From Lama glama (Eukaryota), in contig CM052817.1 in assembly GCA_028534125.1 (NCBI GenBank), positions 98,644,001 to 98,708,000 of the forward strand: 64,000 nucleotides of DNA. The letters run 5' to 3'. The notes beneath the pieces are model-generated. The model saw only the letters and a program-made list of their open reading frames with translations. It was not told where the DNA came from and made no database searches. Below are positions 12,630 to 25,762 of the stretch, piece by piece (position 1 is the stretch's first letter; every line of letters begins with the position of its first letter). The translations under genes and the position numbers were made by a program.

Positions 12630-14380
12630 AGAAATAATAACTCATTTTTCAAATATCCATAGAACAACCACATTTTTTAAAGGCCCTATAATAAGCCACA
12701 GAAAATAAGTGAATAAATTCCAAAGGAAATAAAAAATAGAAACAGGATTCTCTGACCATATTCTATAAAACTAAAAATAAAACACAATGGTATGGTCCCG
12801 GCATATGAAGAGAAAAAGAGAAAATGCAATAAAATACAATGTCCAAAAATAAACTCAATATTTACAAAAATAAACTAGGTAACATTTCAGAAGTGTGGGG
12901 TGAAAATGAATTACCTAATGAAAACTGTTGGAACAACTGAATAGCTATCTAGAAAATAAATAAAGCAGGATCCTGTGGCCTAGAATACCAGTTCTCCCTC
13001 AATATCCAGTGTCCTTCCTCTGTCACAGCGTCCCAGATTCTTAGCTGGGTACACGACTTCATTTCCCTGACTCCCTCATAGTTCACTGTGGTCATGAGAC
13101 TTGAGTACCAGCCAATACTATGTGTACAGAATTGGTACAGGCAGCTTCCAGGAAGTGTCCTTAAAGGGAAAGGATAAGCCTTTCTTCGTTTTTCTCTTCT
13201 TCCTGCTGGCTGGGATCCTGATGTTTTGGCTGGAGCTCCAACAGCCTTCTTGGACTATAAAGTGACCTTGGAAATGGAACTTCCATATAGTGAAGCAATG
13301 ATACGGAAAAGCTTGAATCCCTCATATCATGGAATACTCTACAAGATCGTGACCTATACCACTTCCATGGAGAGAGAGATAAACCTCAATTCTGTGTAAC
13401 ACATCTTTTCTTTAAGTTTATTTACTATTCTCAGCCGAACTTAGTCTTAACCAGTACAGTTCCCTTTGTCTCAGTATCATATCTTACACCAAAATAAACT
13501 CCAGAAGTCTCACATATTTAAAGCCTGAAAACAAAACAAAAGCCATGAAGGCATGAAAAGAAAACATAAGAGAATTATCTCTATAATTCTAAAGTAGGAA
13601 GTTCTTTCTAAATCTTAACACAAAACCTAGAGAACATAAAATGAAAGGTTATTAAGTTCAACTCCATGAAGACTGCACAGTAAAGCAAAACAGAACATAA
13701 TACCAAAACAAGGTTAGAAACATATTTCACATTGGAGCAGGGCTAAATTCCACTAGATATGTTGATCAGTAACATCAAACAATAGCCCAGTAGAAAAGGC
13801 GGTAATGATTATGAACATATGAATTATATGAAAGGAAATGCAAATAATTCTAAACATACGAAAAGATGCTCAGTCTTAGAATGAGAGAAATATAAGTTAG
13901 AGCTACTGAGAGGTGTCATTTTCTATTGATCAGACAGACAAAAGTCAAAAACTTTGTTAATATGTGCTTTGGTCAAGGTTTTGAGGAAACAAGTAGTTAC
14001 ATACCACTAAGTGTAAATGGGTACGACTTAAACTGAGCACAATTTGACAGAACCTATCCAAAGGACCAGTGCACATAACTTTGACCCAGAAATTCCACTC
14101 GAGAAATGTACCTTATAATACATGTGAACATTTGCCAAAGGATGGATACCCGAGATACTGATCTTTGCCTTACTTGAGAAGAATGGAAAGAAATGTCCTA
14201 AATGTCCATCAATGGGAACTGGTTAAATAAAATAAGGTACATTTATACACTGGAATCTCATGCCGCTATTAAAATGAGTTCTCTAAGCACTGATAAGGAA
14301 TGAAAAGAGACAAACTGTTTGGTGAGGGAAAATATGTGTATTATAATCCCTTTTGTATTTGAAAAAGCAAAGAATATATA
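12630..14380 (+). mobile_element. Old L1M (L1ME-like) fragments, split by an MLT1 LTR
   Basis: Degenerate ORF2 and 3' motifs (attctctgaccata, tcttacaccaaaataaactccaga, gaaaagatgctca, ttgacccagaaattccactc, aaatgtccatcaatggg). Confidence 0.75.
12974..13458 (+). mobile_element. MLT1 (J-like) solo LTR
   Basis: TG...CA termini, 5-bp TSD gatcc/gttcc, MLT1 motifs gcagcttccaggaagtgtccttaaaggg and cttcctgctggctggga. Confidence 0.8.
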
Positions 14381-16089
14381 CATATACAATTATATAAATA
14401 ATTAAAAATATATAATTATCCATAATTAAGAATATATAATTTAAATTAGATACTTTTATAAAATGCATTGTTGCAACACATCAAATTGTAGAATAATTTG
14501 TTAATAATTGAAACTTGAAATAAAGGGATGATGTTTAGGTCATTGTATAAAAGCAATAGTTCCAGCAATTCCAAAACACTCTCAGTGTTCTTTTATTTAA
14601 AGAAAATCAGTCAAGTCCAAGAGGGTAGACTCTGCAGCCATCCCCAGACCCTGCAACAGGATCTGTCACAGACCTGACAACAAATATTCACAGAAGAAAT
14701 TGAAGATTTAAATGAAGCGGAATTGTAACTAAAAGAAACCACCAAAAATGTAATGTTATAATGTATCATTGAAATTCACTGCAGATCGCTTTGCTTTGGT
14801 TGGTATTAGTCCAAGTTTCTGCTGTTCTGATTTTCATGATGTCTCGGGTCTCACTGACTTTTTACCTGGCACATTTACTAGACTGTTAGCTCCAGATAAC
14901 AGGTGGCAAGGTTTACAATTCCTTGGGCAGTTTTCACGTTGTGGCACTTGCTCTCTTTTCACACGCACTCACACGCACTCTTCTCCATTCTACTGTTGTC
15001 AGGCTGCTCACTTCTTCTCACACCAGCTGCTCCTCCCACCTGCTCCCCCAAAACATAATGTAAACCCTCCATCTGATGCACAGAAGGGACATCGACTACG
15101 AAAGGGTAAATTTCTGAGGATGGTTCTCTCCTCAATTGAGGCAGAGAGTGTTGAAAGAGCTCAGAAGATAGGCAGCAGGCAGATAACAGGACCTCAGCTC
15201 AGATACAAAAGTAGAAACACTCTGGCCTCAGAAAGTAGAGGAAGTTGTAGTCTTTGGGGGGGATTTTTCCTTTTGGCTGAAGTTCAAAATCCCAAATCTT
15301 TCCTTAGAATGAAGGCATTTATTAATGACTTTAATCTCTTCTGAGAAAGCAGGGAGATTCCTGATAAAAATTCTTCCCTTAATTTCAGGGTCTTGGTTTC
15401 CAAATAGTGGTGAGGTTTAATAAGGACACCTTAGGTGTATTTCTCATCATACAAAGTGACTCAAAGAATATGAGCACTCTGGGGTTTTTGGAGAATATGA
15501 TGGAAATGTTATTTCCTAGAAAAACGTTCAAAAGTTGCTCATAGTAAAGTAGGTTTTTTTTTTAAACCTCAAACTGGAGTGTGAAATTGAAAAAGCAATT
15601 CATGTCTTTTGAAAGATCTGTTTAATTAAGAAGAGTTACTGATAGACAGTTATGCTAGGATCTGCTTCTTGTTTTTCTTTGGTGGGAGTATAGCTTATTT
15701 TTGTTCCATTAAATTATTTTTATTTTAATCAGAAGTCATTTGTTATAGGAATTTAAAGCAGAAGAGAAGAAGGAAGACTCAGCCAGGTCAGTGACAAGGG
15801 CAGGAGCCATTGCAAAGAATGAAAGTAGCAGAAATTGGGAGGAACCCGATTAAGTATCGAGAACCAGAGGCGGAAGTGTGGTGGGGACTCAGGTTGATAC
15901 AGAGCAAATAGAGCAGTCTTCTACAGAGCTGAAGTCCAGGGCTCAGACAAATCAAGGTAACAATACGAAAACCATTCTCTTAAGAGGCAAAGTGAACATG
16001 AGCATAGTGTTCATTCAAGGGCAGCGCCGCCAAGTGGAGGAAGAAGGAACTACCATTATCTATCCAAGCCTGTCTCCTGGGACTTTCAT

Positions 16090-16495
16090 TTATACACCAT
16101 CCAAGTATTAATTGATGACATTCTCTGTGCAAAATACTATACTGATTGTTCTGAGTGAACGAAACAAACATGGTCTTGTGGAGCTTACATTATGGCAAGG
16201 GGGCAGAGCAAATAAATAAATTAGTAACTCAATTCAAAAGTAAGCCAATACAATTTTTAAGATTATACAAGTATGATGGAGGAAACAAGCAAGAAGCTGA
16301 GAGATCGAACAGGGAAAAGGTGGCCAGGAAAGGCTGCCTGAAGTGACGCTGAGCTGAGACGTGAGGGCGGAGAAGGCGCCAGCCACGAGAAAAAAGGAGG
16401 AAGATACATCTAGACTTTGCCAGCCAGTGCAAAGATCCAGAGGTGAGCAAAACTCCACCTATTCAAAGAACTGCCAGAAAAGCCATGTGGCTGCG
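16090..16495 (-). mobile_element. L2 remnant
   Basis: tggagcttacatt...tgagctgagacgtgagg...cagtgcaaagatccagagg...aagaactgccagaaaagccatgtggctg. Confidence 0.7.
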
Positions 16496-17309
16496 GACTG
16501 GGGCTTCTGTAGCTACGCTCCCCACCACAGTTTATCCCACAGCTCACAAGCATCTGGAAATCATAGCTGCCTGGAGTATCTAAATTACACCTCCTCTTTC
16601 AGATCTCCTTGAGAGATACTGTCTAAATGGTGACCTTGGGCTGGTGATAGAGAGGAAGGAAATTTTCTTCAAAAGTTGTTTCTTTGTTCTGTTTGTTTTA
16701 GGATAATGATATACTTCAAATACTAAGAAACAAAACCAAAAAAACCACTAGGAAGCTGTTTAATCAATGTATATGTATTTGTGTGTGTCTCTGTAAAGAC
16801 CCACCCACCTAACTCAGAATCATTGTCCCGTTCATAGGGTTACCATGGTACCGACTTCTGGAGCATGGAGCTCACTTGCCATCTTGCTGGGTTTCCTGCA
16901 TAAGCCTCAGTGGGGAGAGGCTCTTTAGGGAACCAAATAGCTAGGAAGAGTCAGCAGGCTCTCTAAAGCTGATCAGAGGAAAAAACACACAAGATTAAAT
17001 TAATTATGTGGTCTGAGGTCTATTCCACCTTTGTATTTGTTGGTGATAATGTTAATGATAATCTTTAGAAAATAAATTATTTTATATATGAAAGATGTCT
17101 GAATCTTGGTTCACAATCTAGGAATATAAGAATGTCACATTTCTTTCGTTCCTTCCTATGAACCTAAATAAAACTCAATTTCTGTCCCACCAGGTGCTGG
17201 GAAATGCAATTTTAGTCATTATGGGGTTTCTTTTTCTCCTACTCACTGCCACCTCCAACTCAGGGTCATGCCAAGGTCTCACGGTCTCATTTAGAGATCG
17301 TGAAACGGC

Positions 17310-17545
17310 ATTCTTTGAGGGCTCTGAAACCATGCTACCTAGATGCGCATCTTGCTTCCACCACTTACTAGTATGTGATATTGGGTAACTTCCTTAACCT
17401 CTGGGACCACTAGTGGTGATAATGATAGTAACAATCTCATAGGGTTACTGGACAGACAGATTCACTAAGATATGCAGGGTTCTCAGGACAATGTCTGACA
17501 CTTAGGTGTGCAATAAATATTTGTCACCATCATCATTATCATTTT
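17310..17545 (+). mobile_element. MIR SINE
   Basis: ccaccacttactagtatgtgatattgggtaacttccttaacctct...caataaatatttg. Confidence 0.75.
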
Positions 17546-19548
17546 TACATGATGTGAAAGTATCTGGGACTTTCCTCCAGTAACTGGTCCACTCTGGTTA
17601 TCAGAGATGCCTAGTCTCCCAGCTCAGAGGATTTCCTCATATCCTGAGTCCCCACTGCTTCTGGCTGGAAGGACCTCAGCCTCTGAAATGCTGTCCCCAC
17701 CCAGGACACCTTGGAATGAGCCACAATCCCCAGCAATGTTCCAGCTACTCCCCAGAAATCTTCCTGTGAGCATCTCCCTACCTCCCCTCTTAGGACCCTA
17801 GAAAGCCTCTCCCCCTTCTCGGAACACCCAGCAAAACGTCTTCAGTGAGTTTAGTCTTCTCAACAGTAGCAAAACTAAGCTTCAGAAACTTGCAGAAACT
17901 TCAAGCAATTTCAGCAGTTTGTAAAAAGGCTGGCAACCTGCTTGGGGAGAGTTCAGGGAAATGGGACAATACAGAAAGAAAAAAACCATAAACCTCTATT
18001 TTCCTGCCACACTGTGTTAAGCCCACTTAGATGCCCCATGCTCCAAAAGATCGCAAACATTGGGCAATCAATGGCTGTTTCACAAGGCAAAGGCCCCCGC
18101 TCTCGGCAACAGCTGATTAGTCAGGCCTGACTCTCACCTGGTGGTGGTCGGGAGGACAGGTCCCAGTGGTGCCCCACGATGGAAGGACAGACGGACTATG
18201 AAGAACGAGCGAGTACAGGCGCTCAGGAACCCCCAAATGACTGGGCGGTGTGGTCTGCACCCCTCACTTGAATCTGGGTGGCATCAGAGTTTGAAGATGC
18301 AACTCATTTTCAAAACAAATCCTGAAAGAACTACAGTAAAGATAAGAATGAGACGAGCAGACCAGGAGGGGACAGGAGCTGCCTGGCAGATTCAGAAGAG
18401 CCGTGAGGACAGTGAGCTCAGGTTGGGGACTTAGCTAAGGGAAGTGAAGTGAGAACCGCAGACCCAGGCCGGGACTCAGAGAGGACGGTCATCCGTAACT
18501 ACCCGTTTGGTGAGCAGAGCCTGGAAGGGGAGCCACTCCAGGTGGGAAGCAACATGAGCCACAGCACTGAGAGGAAAGGAGGAGACACAAGTCCAAAACG
18601 GTACCTAGAAACTAGATCGATCCGCCCAGAGCCTTGACACTTTGACTTCTGCCGTTGCCTACTTTTGTCAATATGCATCTCTAAAGTCTCTCGTTTTCCC
18701 GTAAGATTGCCTCCAGCACTGTTTCTAATAGCACCATCAATGTTGCTTTCCAGGTCCACGCCTCCCCCTTGTTTGGAGAAGACAGAGGAGGGAGAACAGG
18801 GAGAAGGAAACGCAGTTATGAAGGAATAGGATCCCTGCCCGTTTCCATGGCTTCCAGGCACTAGGGTACCATTGTTCTCGGTACTTCTCTGAGCCTGGGC
18901 AGTGTTCCATGCAGCTGGAGAGGGAGATGGGGTGGGAGGAGGGGGGCATCTGTTCTTTCTCTCCCTCCTTGTTTCCTCCCTGGTCTCTGCCCCAGGTGCC
19001 TCTACCACTGATGACCAATTGAAGGTGTGAGGGGTTGGCGGAGGAGAGGCAGAAGTCCGTGTCTTCAGGAGCCTATGCATTAATTGGAACAGAAAGGATT
19101 GGTTTTTTGCTCTACATGGAGGCTGTAGGTGTGTCTTTCTACCTCCATGGTGTCCTTGGCTCAAGAGCTTATGAACCCTATAAGACATGCTTACCGTGCA
19201 TCACCTCATTCTGGATGGAAATCAACCTCTTGTTCAATTAAAGTGGTTTCCAAGTAAAGCCAGCCAATGCTTTTTTTATAACTGACTTTCAAAGTGTCCA
19301 AAATAAGGATTACAGGAACCTTTCTTGTCCCCTCCATACTGACACAGAGCTGCCAGATGCAGAATGCTCAGTGAGATCGACACCCTTCCATAGAGGCAGG
19401 CAAAGACTCACGGGTGAGCCCCATATGCGCCAAGAAATCCTGACGATTGGAAGATGGACACTAAGCCCTTCCTCCATTTCTTACAGCGTGGCCCTCACTG
19501 TAACCTGAAAAATATTTCAGCTTTAGACTGCATTAAGATGCAGTGGAA

Positions 19549-19694
19549 GGGGAGGGTATAGCTCAGTGGTAGAGCGCGTGCTCAGCATGCACGAGGTCCT
19601 GGTTCAATCCCCAGCGCCTCCTCCAAAAAATAAGTAAGTAAACTTAATTATCTCCCCCCCAAAACAATTTTTTTAATTTAAAAAAATGTTTTAA
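19549..19694 (+). mobile_element. tRNA-Ala-derived SINE (camelid Vic-1-like), young
   Basis: ggggagggtatagctcagtggtagagcgcgtgctcagcatgcacgaggtcctggttcaatccccagc head with A and B boxes; A-rich tail; perfect 13-bp TSD aagatgcagtgga at 19535-19547 and 19695-19707. Confidence 0.95.
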
Positions 19695-20734
19695 AAGATG
19701 CAGTGGAGAGGACGTAGGTCCAACTTTGCTATGTGTTCTCTTCCCTTGGGGGGGGGTACTTAACCTCCTTTAAGTCTCAATTTCATCATATATGTCACAG
19801 GGATGGTGTGTGGGCTTAATGAAGTCATGTATACAGCTTGCAGCAAAATGCCTAGCAAAGATCAAGCAGTCAAAAATACCAGTTCCCTCTCTGTATCTTT
19901 CCTTTTCTATAAAGAGACCACCACTTTTCCTTCTTTCTGACTTAGTCTCATAAAAATCACTCCTTCGAGTTTAGGTAAAGGTGTGGTCTCAAGAAGACAA
20001 TCATTAGATGCAACTGAGGAAGGAAAGGGGGCTGGGGTTTTAACCTTTTCCAAAGAACACATTAGCCTGGGTTTGGTTTTATTAAACAAATGATTTGTCT
20101 ACTATTTATCTTCTTGGTCAATTTTAAGGAAGTAGCAAGAATTGCCTAGGGGCAATGGGGTTCAGACTTGAACAGTTATACACTGAGAAGTGAGGAAAGG
20201 GGAGGGTCCAGGGGCCTCTAACCAAAGGATAAGTATCAAGTCACAAGGGGGAGAAAATGAAGACACAGTGTTCTGAATTCAGAATTCTGCCTAGAATCAG
20301 CCCTGGTAACCTGCATGGGAAAACAAAATAAAATAATATGGATCGTTAGTTGTATCAGCAAGCAGGTATTCGAATCCACTCTGCTCAGATATGTCAGTAA
20401 GAACTTGCAAGCAATACTTCTTGTCTTATGAGAATTAACTCTATTCTCTTTCAGTAACAGGATTTCTCTAAGACTAGAGAATTCAGTTCAATTCAGCCAA
20501 TATCTATCGTGCCCCTATTATATGCCCTCACACTACAAGTCCTTGCAGTGACAGAGAATCAATCTCCTCTCCACTAAAAGTCAACTCCGAAAGCCTCACT
20601 CTGAGAGCCCAAACAAGGGTTCAGGAATAATGCACTGTTCACATACTTTTAGTGATATGTACACAGAATTCATTGTTTTTGTTTCACTTACCAGTGGCTT
20701 GAGGCTGTCATATCGATGAGGGGAAATCAGCCCT

Positions 20735-23568
20735 AGTGATTAACACAGTGAAGCTTTTACTTCGGTGAGGTTCAGTTTCATCAATTTGTCCTTTTATGGT
20801 TCATGCTTTTGATGTCAAGTGTAAGAACTCTTTGCCTAACCCTAGGTCCCAAAGACTTCCTCCTGCTTTTTCTAGAAGTTCCATGTTTTACATTTAAGTT
20901 TTATGTTCTAGTTTTATGTTTTACATTTATGTTCATAATCTGTTTTGAATTCATTCTGGTATAAAGTTTGAGGTTTAGATAGACTTCTGGGGTTTTTTTG
21001 GCTGTGGGCATTCAACTGCTCCAGCACCACTTATTGAAAAAAACTATCACTCTTCCATTGGATTGCTTTTGCTCCTTTGTCAAAAATTAATTGTTCATAT
21101 TTGTGTAGCTCTATTCCTGGGTTCTCTGTTCTGCTGCACTGACTTATGTGCATCCAGCCACACATTCTTGAATACTGTTGTTCTATTGTAAGTCTTAACG
21201 TCAAGAAGAATTGTTTCCTCCCATTTTCTTCTTCTTTTTCAAAATTATTTTAGCCAATCTAGAGCCCTCATCTTTCCATTTGAATTTTAGAATAAACTTG
21301 TTTATGTCTACAAAAAAAAAAAAACCTTGCTGAAATTGATAGGAATTGGGTTAAATCTAACAATCAATTTAGGGAGCACTGACAGTTTTACTCTGTTGAG
21401 TCTTCCAGTCCCTTAATGCAATCTGTCTTTCCAAATATTTAAGACTTTGATTTCTTTCATCACTATCTTATCATATTCATCACACCAATCCTATACATGT
21501 TGTGTCAGATTTATAATTAAATATTTTATTTTATTTGGAGCAACTATAAATGGTACTGAGGGTTTAAAAAAAATTTTTTTTATTGTTTTGCATTTTTTTG
21601 GAGGGGGGAGGCAGTAATTAGGTTTGTTTGTTTGTTTGTTTTAATGAAGTTACTGGGGATTAAAGCCATTGACTTTGTCCATGCTAAGCATGCACTCTAC
21701 CACTGAGCTATACCCTCCCCTACAATGGTATTGTGTTTTTAAATTTTGCTTTCCACTTGTTTGTTGTCAGTATATAGAAAAGCTTTTGATTTTTGTGTGC
21801 TAATATTGTATTCTGTGACCTTACTGAACTCACTCATTAGCACTTGGAATTTGGATTAGTTTTCATTTGTCTTAGATCTCGTGGGATTTTCTACATAGAC
21901 AATCATGACATCTGCAAAGAAAGACAGTTTTATCTCTTCCTTTCCAACCTGGATGTGTTTCTTTCTCTCTTTCTTTCTTTCTTTTTTTGGTCTTTTTTCA
22001 CTGACTAGGACTTCAGTAATACGTTAATAAGAATGATGAGAGCAGACATCCTTAGCTTGTTCCTGATCTTACAGGGAAAACATGTACTAAAAGCTTTTAT
22101 CGCTAAGTATGATGTTAGCTCTAAGTTTTTTGTTCATGCTTTTTATGAGTCTGAGGAAATTCTCCTGTTTCCCTAGAGTACTGAGAGTTTTGCTGTGAAT
22201 GAGAGTTGAATTTTGCCAAATGCTTTTATTGCAAATTGGTGTGGTCACATGCTTTTTCTTCCTCAGCCAGTTGATATGCTGTATTGTGTTGACTGAGTTT
22301 CAGGTGCTGAACCGTCTTGTATGCTGGAAAAAATCCCACCTGGACATGGTGTCTTATTCCCTACACATTGCTGTATTCGATTTGCTTAAATGTTGAGGTT
22401 ATTTACATCTATATTTATGAGAGTTATTGGTCCATAGTTTTCTTTGGGGGGCATCTGTCTAGTTTTTTGATACAAGGGTAATTCTGTCCTCATAAAATTA
22501 GCTGGGACATGTTCCCTTCTCTTCTATTTTCTAAAAGAAATTGTGTAAAAGTTTTGTTAATTCTTTCAGTATTTGATAAAACTTCCCAATAAAGCCATCT
22601 GGGCCTGAGTATTTATTTTTTTAAGAGTTTTTAAATAATAAATTCACTTTCTTTCGTTATTAGAAGCTTGTTCAGGTTACCTGTGTCATCTTGGCTGAGT
22701 TGTAGTCGATTGTGGTTTTTGAGGAATTGGTTCATTTCTTCTAAGTCGTCAAATTTATGAGTATAAAGTTGTTCACAGTTGTCCCGTATTATCCTTTTAA
22801 TGGCTGAAGAATCCATAATTATATTCCTTGTCATTAAAGATACTGGTCATTTCTTTCTTCTCTATTTTTATCTTTGTCAGTGTTAGTAGGAGTTTACCAA
22901 TTTTGTTTATTTTCAAAGAACCATCTTTTTACTTCTCTGGTTTTCTCTAAATGTTTTCCTATTTTGAATTCCACTGATTTCTGCTACTTTGATACCTGCT
23001 GTCCATCCTTCTGCTTGCTTTCGGTCCGTTTTTCTGTCATCACTCTAATTTCTGGAGGAAGGAACTCGGATTATTGATTTGAGATCTTCCCTCTTCTCTC
23101 ATGTCAGAACTGAGTCCTCCCAGCCCTGCTTTCGTTGCATCCACAAATGTTGACACACTGTGCTTTCACTTTCATTCAGTTTTATGTATTTTCCTTTGAG
23201 ATTTCCTCTTTGGCCCATGGGCTCTTCAGAATCATGCTGCTTCATTTCTAAGTGCTTAGAGGTTTTCCTGCGGTCTTTCTGTTAGCCATTTCTAGCTGCA
23301 TTACATTATGGTCGAAGAGCATACTCTGTGAGATTTCTCTTTAAATTGTTTAATGTTTGTTTTATGACCCAGGATATGATCCATCTTGGTAAATGTTCCA
23401 TGGTGCTTGAAAGAATGCATATTCTGTTTTTGTTGGATAGAGGGTTTTGTAAGTGTCAATTCGTTCCTTTCATTTGATGGTGTTTTCCAGTTCTATATCC
23501 TTGTATTGTCCTATCTAGTAATTTTATCAGTCATTGAGAGCGTGATGTTGATGTCCCCAATTATAAGC
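20735..23568 (-). mobile_element. Old L1M ORF2 remnant (~2.8 kb)
   Basis: Minus-strand ORF 22631-22834 (AIKRIIRDNCEQLYTHKFDDLEEMNQFL) is L1 ORF2-like; motifs such as ccagcaccacttattgaaaa and gagagcagacatccttagcttgttcctgatctt. Confidence 0.9.
21566..21720 (-). mobile_element. tRNA-Ala-derived SINE nested in old L1
   Basis: atgctaagcatgcactctaccactgagctataccctcccc; degenerate TSD aatggtactg/aatggtattg. Confidence 0.9.
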
Positions 23569-23837
23569 AACCTTGGGTTTAACAAGCCTTCCAGGTGATT
23601 CAGATGTGCCCTAAAGTTTGCTCAGGGCAGAGCAACTCAACAAAGGTAGCTAAGTTGCAATAAAGCTTCACTATTTTATAAACTATAAATTAGAATTTTT
23701 TAATGAACTTGATACTGTTTTCAGTGAGTGCAAAAAATTATTCCAAGTGCATAAAGTATAAATACAAAGGCATTTTAACATAGTTTTAATACTTACTAAA
23801 ATAAGTGATCAGTTGTGCCATAACTACCTCCCATGGG

Positions 23838-24705
23838 GACAACTCAATAGCAAAAACACAAATAATCCAACTTAAAAATGGGCAAAGGACCATGAAGACA
23901 TTTTTCCAAAGAAGACATACAGGTGGCCAACAGGTACATGAAAAGATGCTCAACATCATTCATCAACAGGGAACCACAAATCAAAACCACAGTGAGATAT
24001 CACCTCACACCTGTTAAAACGGCTATTATCAAAAAAGACAAGAGATAATTGCTAACAAGGTTGTGGGGGAAAGGGAATCCTTGTACGCCGTTGAGTGGTA
24101 ATGTAAATCAGTCCAGTCATTGTGGAAAACAGTATGCAGTTTCCTCAAAAAATTAAAAATAGAACTACCATGTGATCCAGCAAGTCCACTTCTGTGTATG
24201 TATCCAAAGGAAGTGAAACAGGATCTTGAAGAGCTATCTGCGCTCCCATGTTCACTGCAGCATTATTTATAATAGCCAAGATATGGAAATACCCCTAAGC
24301 GTCCACTGATGGATGAATGGGTAAGGAAAACACGGTATGTATACACACACACACAATGGAATATTATTATTCCACCATTAAAAAAAGAAGACAATCTTGC
24401 CTTTTGCAACAACACTGGATGGACCTTGAGGGCATTATGCTAAGTGAAATAAATCAGACAGAGAAAGACAAATACTATGTGATCTCACTTATGTGTGGAA
24501 TCTAGAGAAACCAAACTCATAAGAACAGAGACCAGATTCCTGTCCTTGCCAGAGACAGGCGGTGAGGCTAAGGGACAGGCGGGGAGCGGATGCAGGGAGA
24601 ATGGGTGAAGGTGGTCAAGAGGTACAAACTTTCATTTATGAGAGAAATTCCACAGATCTAATATACAGCATGATGATGATAGTTAATAACATTGTATTAT
24701 ATTCT
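23838..24705 (+). mobile_element. L1MA-like 3' portion
   Basis: ORF2 C-terminus HTMEYY...MDLEGIMLSEINQTEKDKYYVISLMCGI followed by 3' UTR sequence. Confidence 0.9.
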
Positions 24706-24727
24706 TTTTATTGACATGTGGTTGATT

Positions 24728-25015
24728 TACAACTTATGCCAATAAATTCAAGAATTTAGATGAGATTCATGTATGACTGAAAAATTGTTCTGTACACCAG
24801 AAATTGACACAACATCGTAAATTGACTATAACTCAACAGAAAAAAAAAAGAATTTAGATAAGATGGACAAATTCCTTGAAGGATCCAAACGACCAAAGCT
24901 TACTGGTATTTCAAAGCTCAGTACCCCAAATTGCTTCACTGATTAATTGTATGAAAAAGCCAAGGAAGAAATAATACCAGTTCTGAAGAAACTCTTCCAG
25001 GAAACAGAAGAATGC
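24728..25015 (+). mobile_element. Old L1 ORF2 fragment (host of the short L1 tail insertion)
   Basis: aacttatgccaataaattcaagaatttagat...gatggacaaattccttgaa...aaggaagaaataataccagttct resembles ORF2 LYANKLENLEEMDKFL. Confidence 0.75.
24767..24847 (+). mobile_element. Ultra-short (~81 bp) young L1 3' tail
   Basis: tcatgtatgactgaaaaattgttctgtacaccagaaattgacacaacatcg plus poly(A); 17-bp TSD aagaatttagatRagat at 24750-24766 and 24848-24864. Confidence 0.9.
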
Positions 25016-25249
25016 AGGGCCAGCACCAGATGTTCCTGGATAAAAAGCTTGCCTGCAGTTTCCCAGTGTATCAGAAAGTGGCTCTTTTATGCTCTCACAA
25101 AAGCACAGGTTTTGCTGAGAATGAACACAGATTAAGTGAAAAGAAAGAGCAGAAAATATTTGCAAATATCCTCTGCCCACTTTGCCTTATCTAGATTGAA
25201 ACTACTGCTTCCAAACAGCCTCTTCGGTGTACATTTTGGTAAAATGGAC

Positions 25250-25357
25250 CAGGGTCACCGACCATCCCAGTTTGCCCAGGACTTTCCCCGTTGTGGCACG
25301 GGAAGTCCATCCTGGGAAATCCTTCAGCCTCAGGAAAACCAAAACAATGGCCACCCT
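25250..25357. mobile_element. MER81-like hAT MITE
   Basis: Inverted termini agggtcaccgacc...tggccaccct; internal catcccagtttgcccaggact. Confidence 0.75.
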
Positions 25358-25744
25358 CTCTGACCCTGAATTTCATTGCTCAGTAAGCCCAAACCTTACT
25401 CTAAACTCTCAAGGAAATTTCTGCTTCTTTCAGTGTACTCCCACAAACTCCAATCAAAAGAGAATTTAATTATGAAGATGTCAGCATGAGGGTATCATTT
25501 TCATCCTTGTTTTATTAACTCCAGCCCCTCCTGTTTTCAAGTCCTAAACGTGAGCTGATTTTTAAAAATCCAACTGCAAAAAACCCTATAAGAGCGATTC
25601 TTATATTTCAGAACTTCAAATTCATAGAACCGTTTTTTTCTGTGAATTTAAGGATTTTAACACGAGGCATCAGGAGGACAGTATTTACAAGGTGACAAGA
25701 CAATTGCATTCAGTCCTGAAGGCATGGCTGTATTTACCTCTTAT

Positions 25745-25762
25745 TTCCACTAGATGGCAGGC
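25745..25762 (+). promoter_or_regulatory. CTCF motif
   Basis: CCACTAGATGGCAG (25747-25760) matches the CTCF core CCASYAGRKGGCRS and lies in unique sequence. Confidence 0.6.

Noticed and set aside
14769..15344. 191-aa plus-strand ORF
   Set aside because: Non-ATG start, no recognisable homology and no supported splice structure.
18499..19188. 229-aa minus-strand ORF
   Set aside because: No recognisable domain, GC-rich stop-poor sequence with overlapping ORFs on both strands, and no supporting gene structure.
19549..19621. tRNA-Ala(AGC)-like cloverleaf (also at 46308, 54607, 21650 and 10330)
   Set aside because: These have SINE tails, TSDs in the better-preserved copies and stem defects, so they are SINE heads, not tRNA genes.
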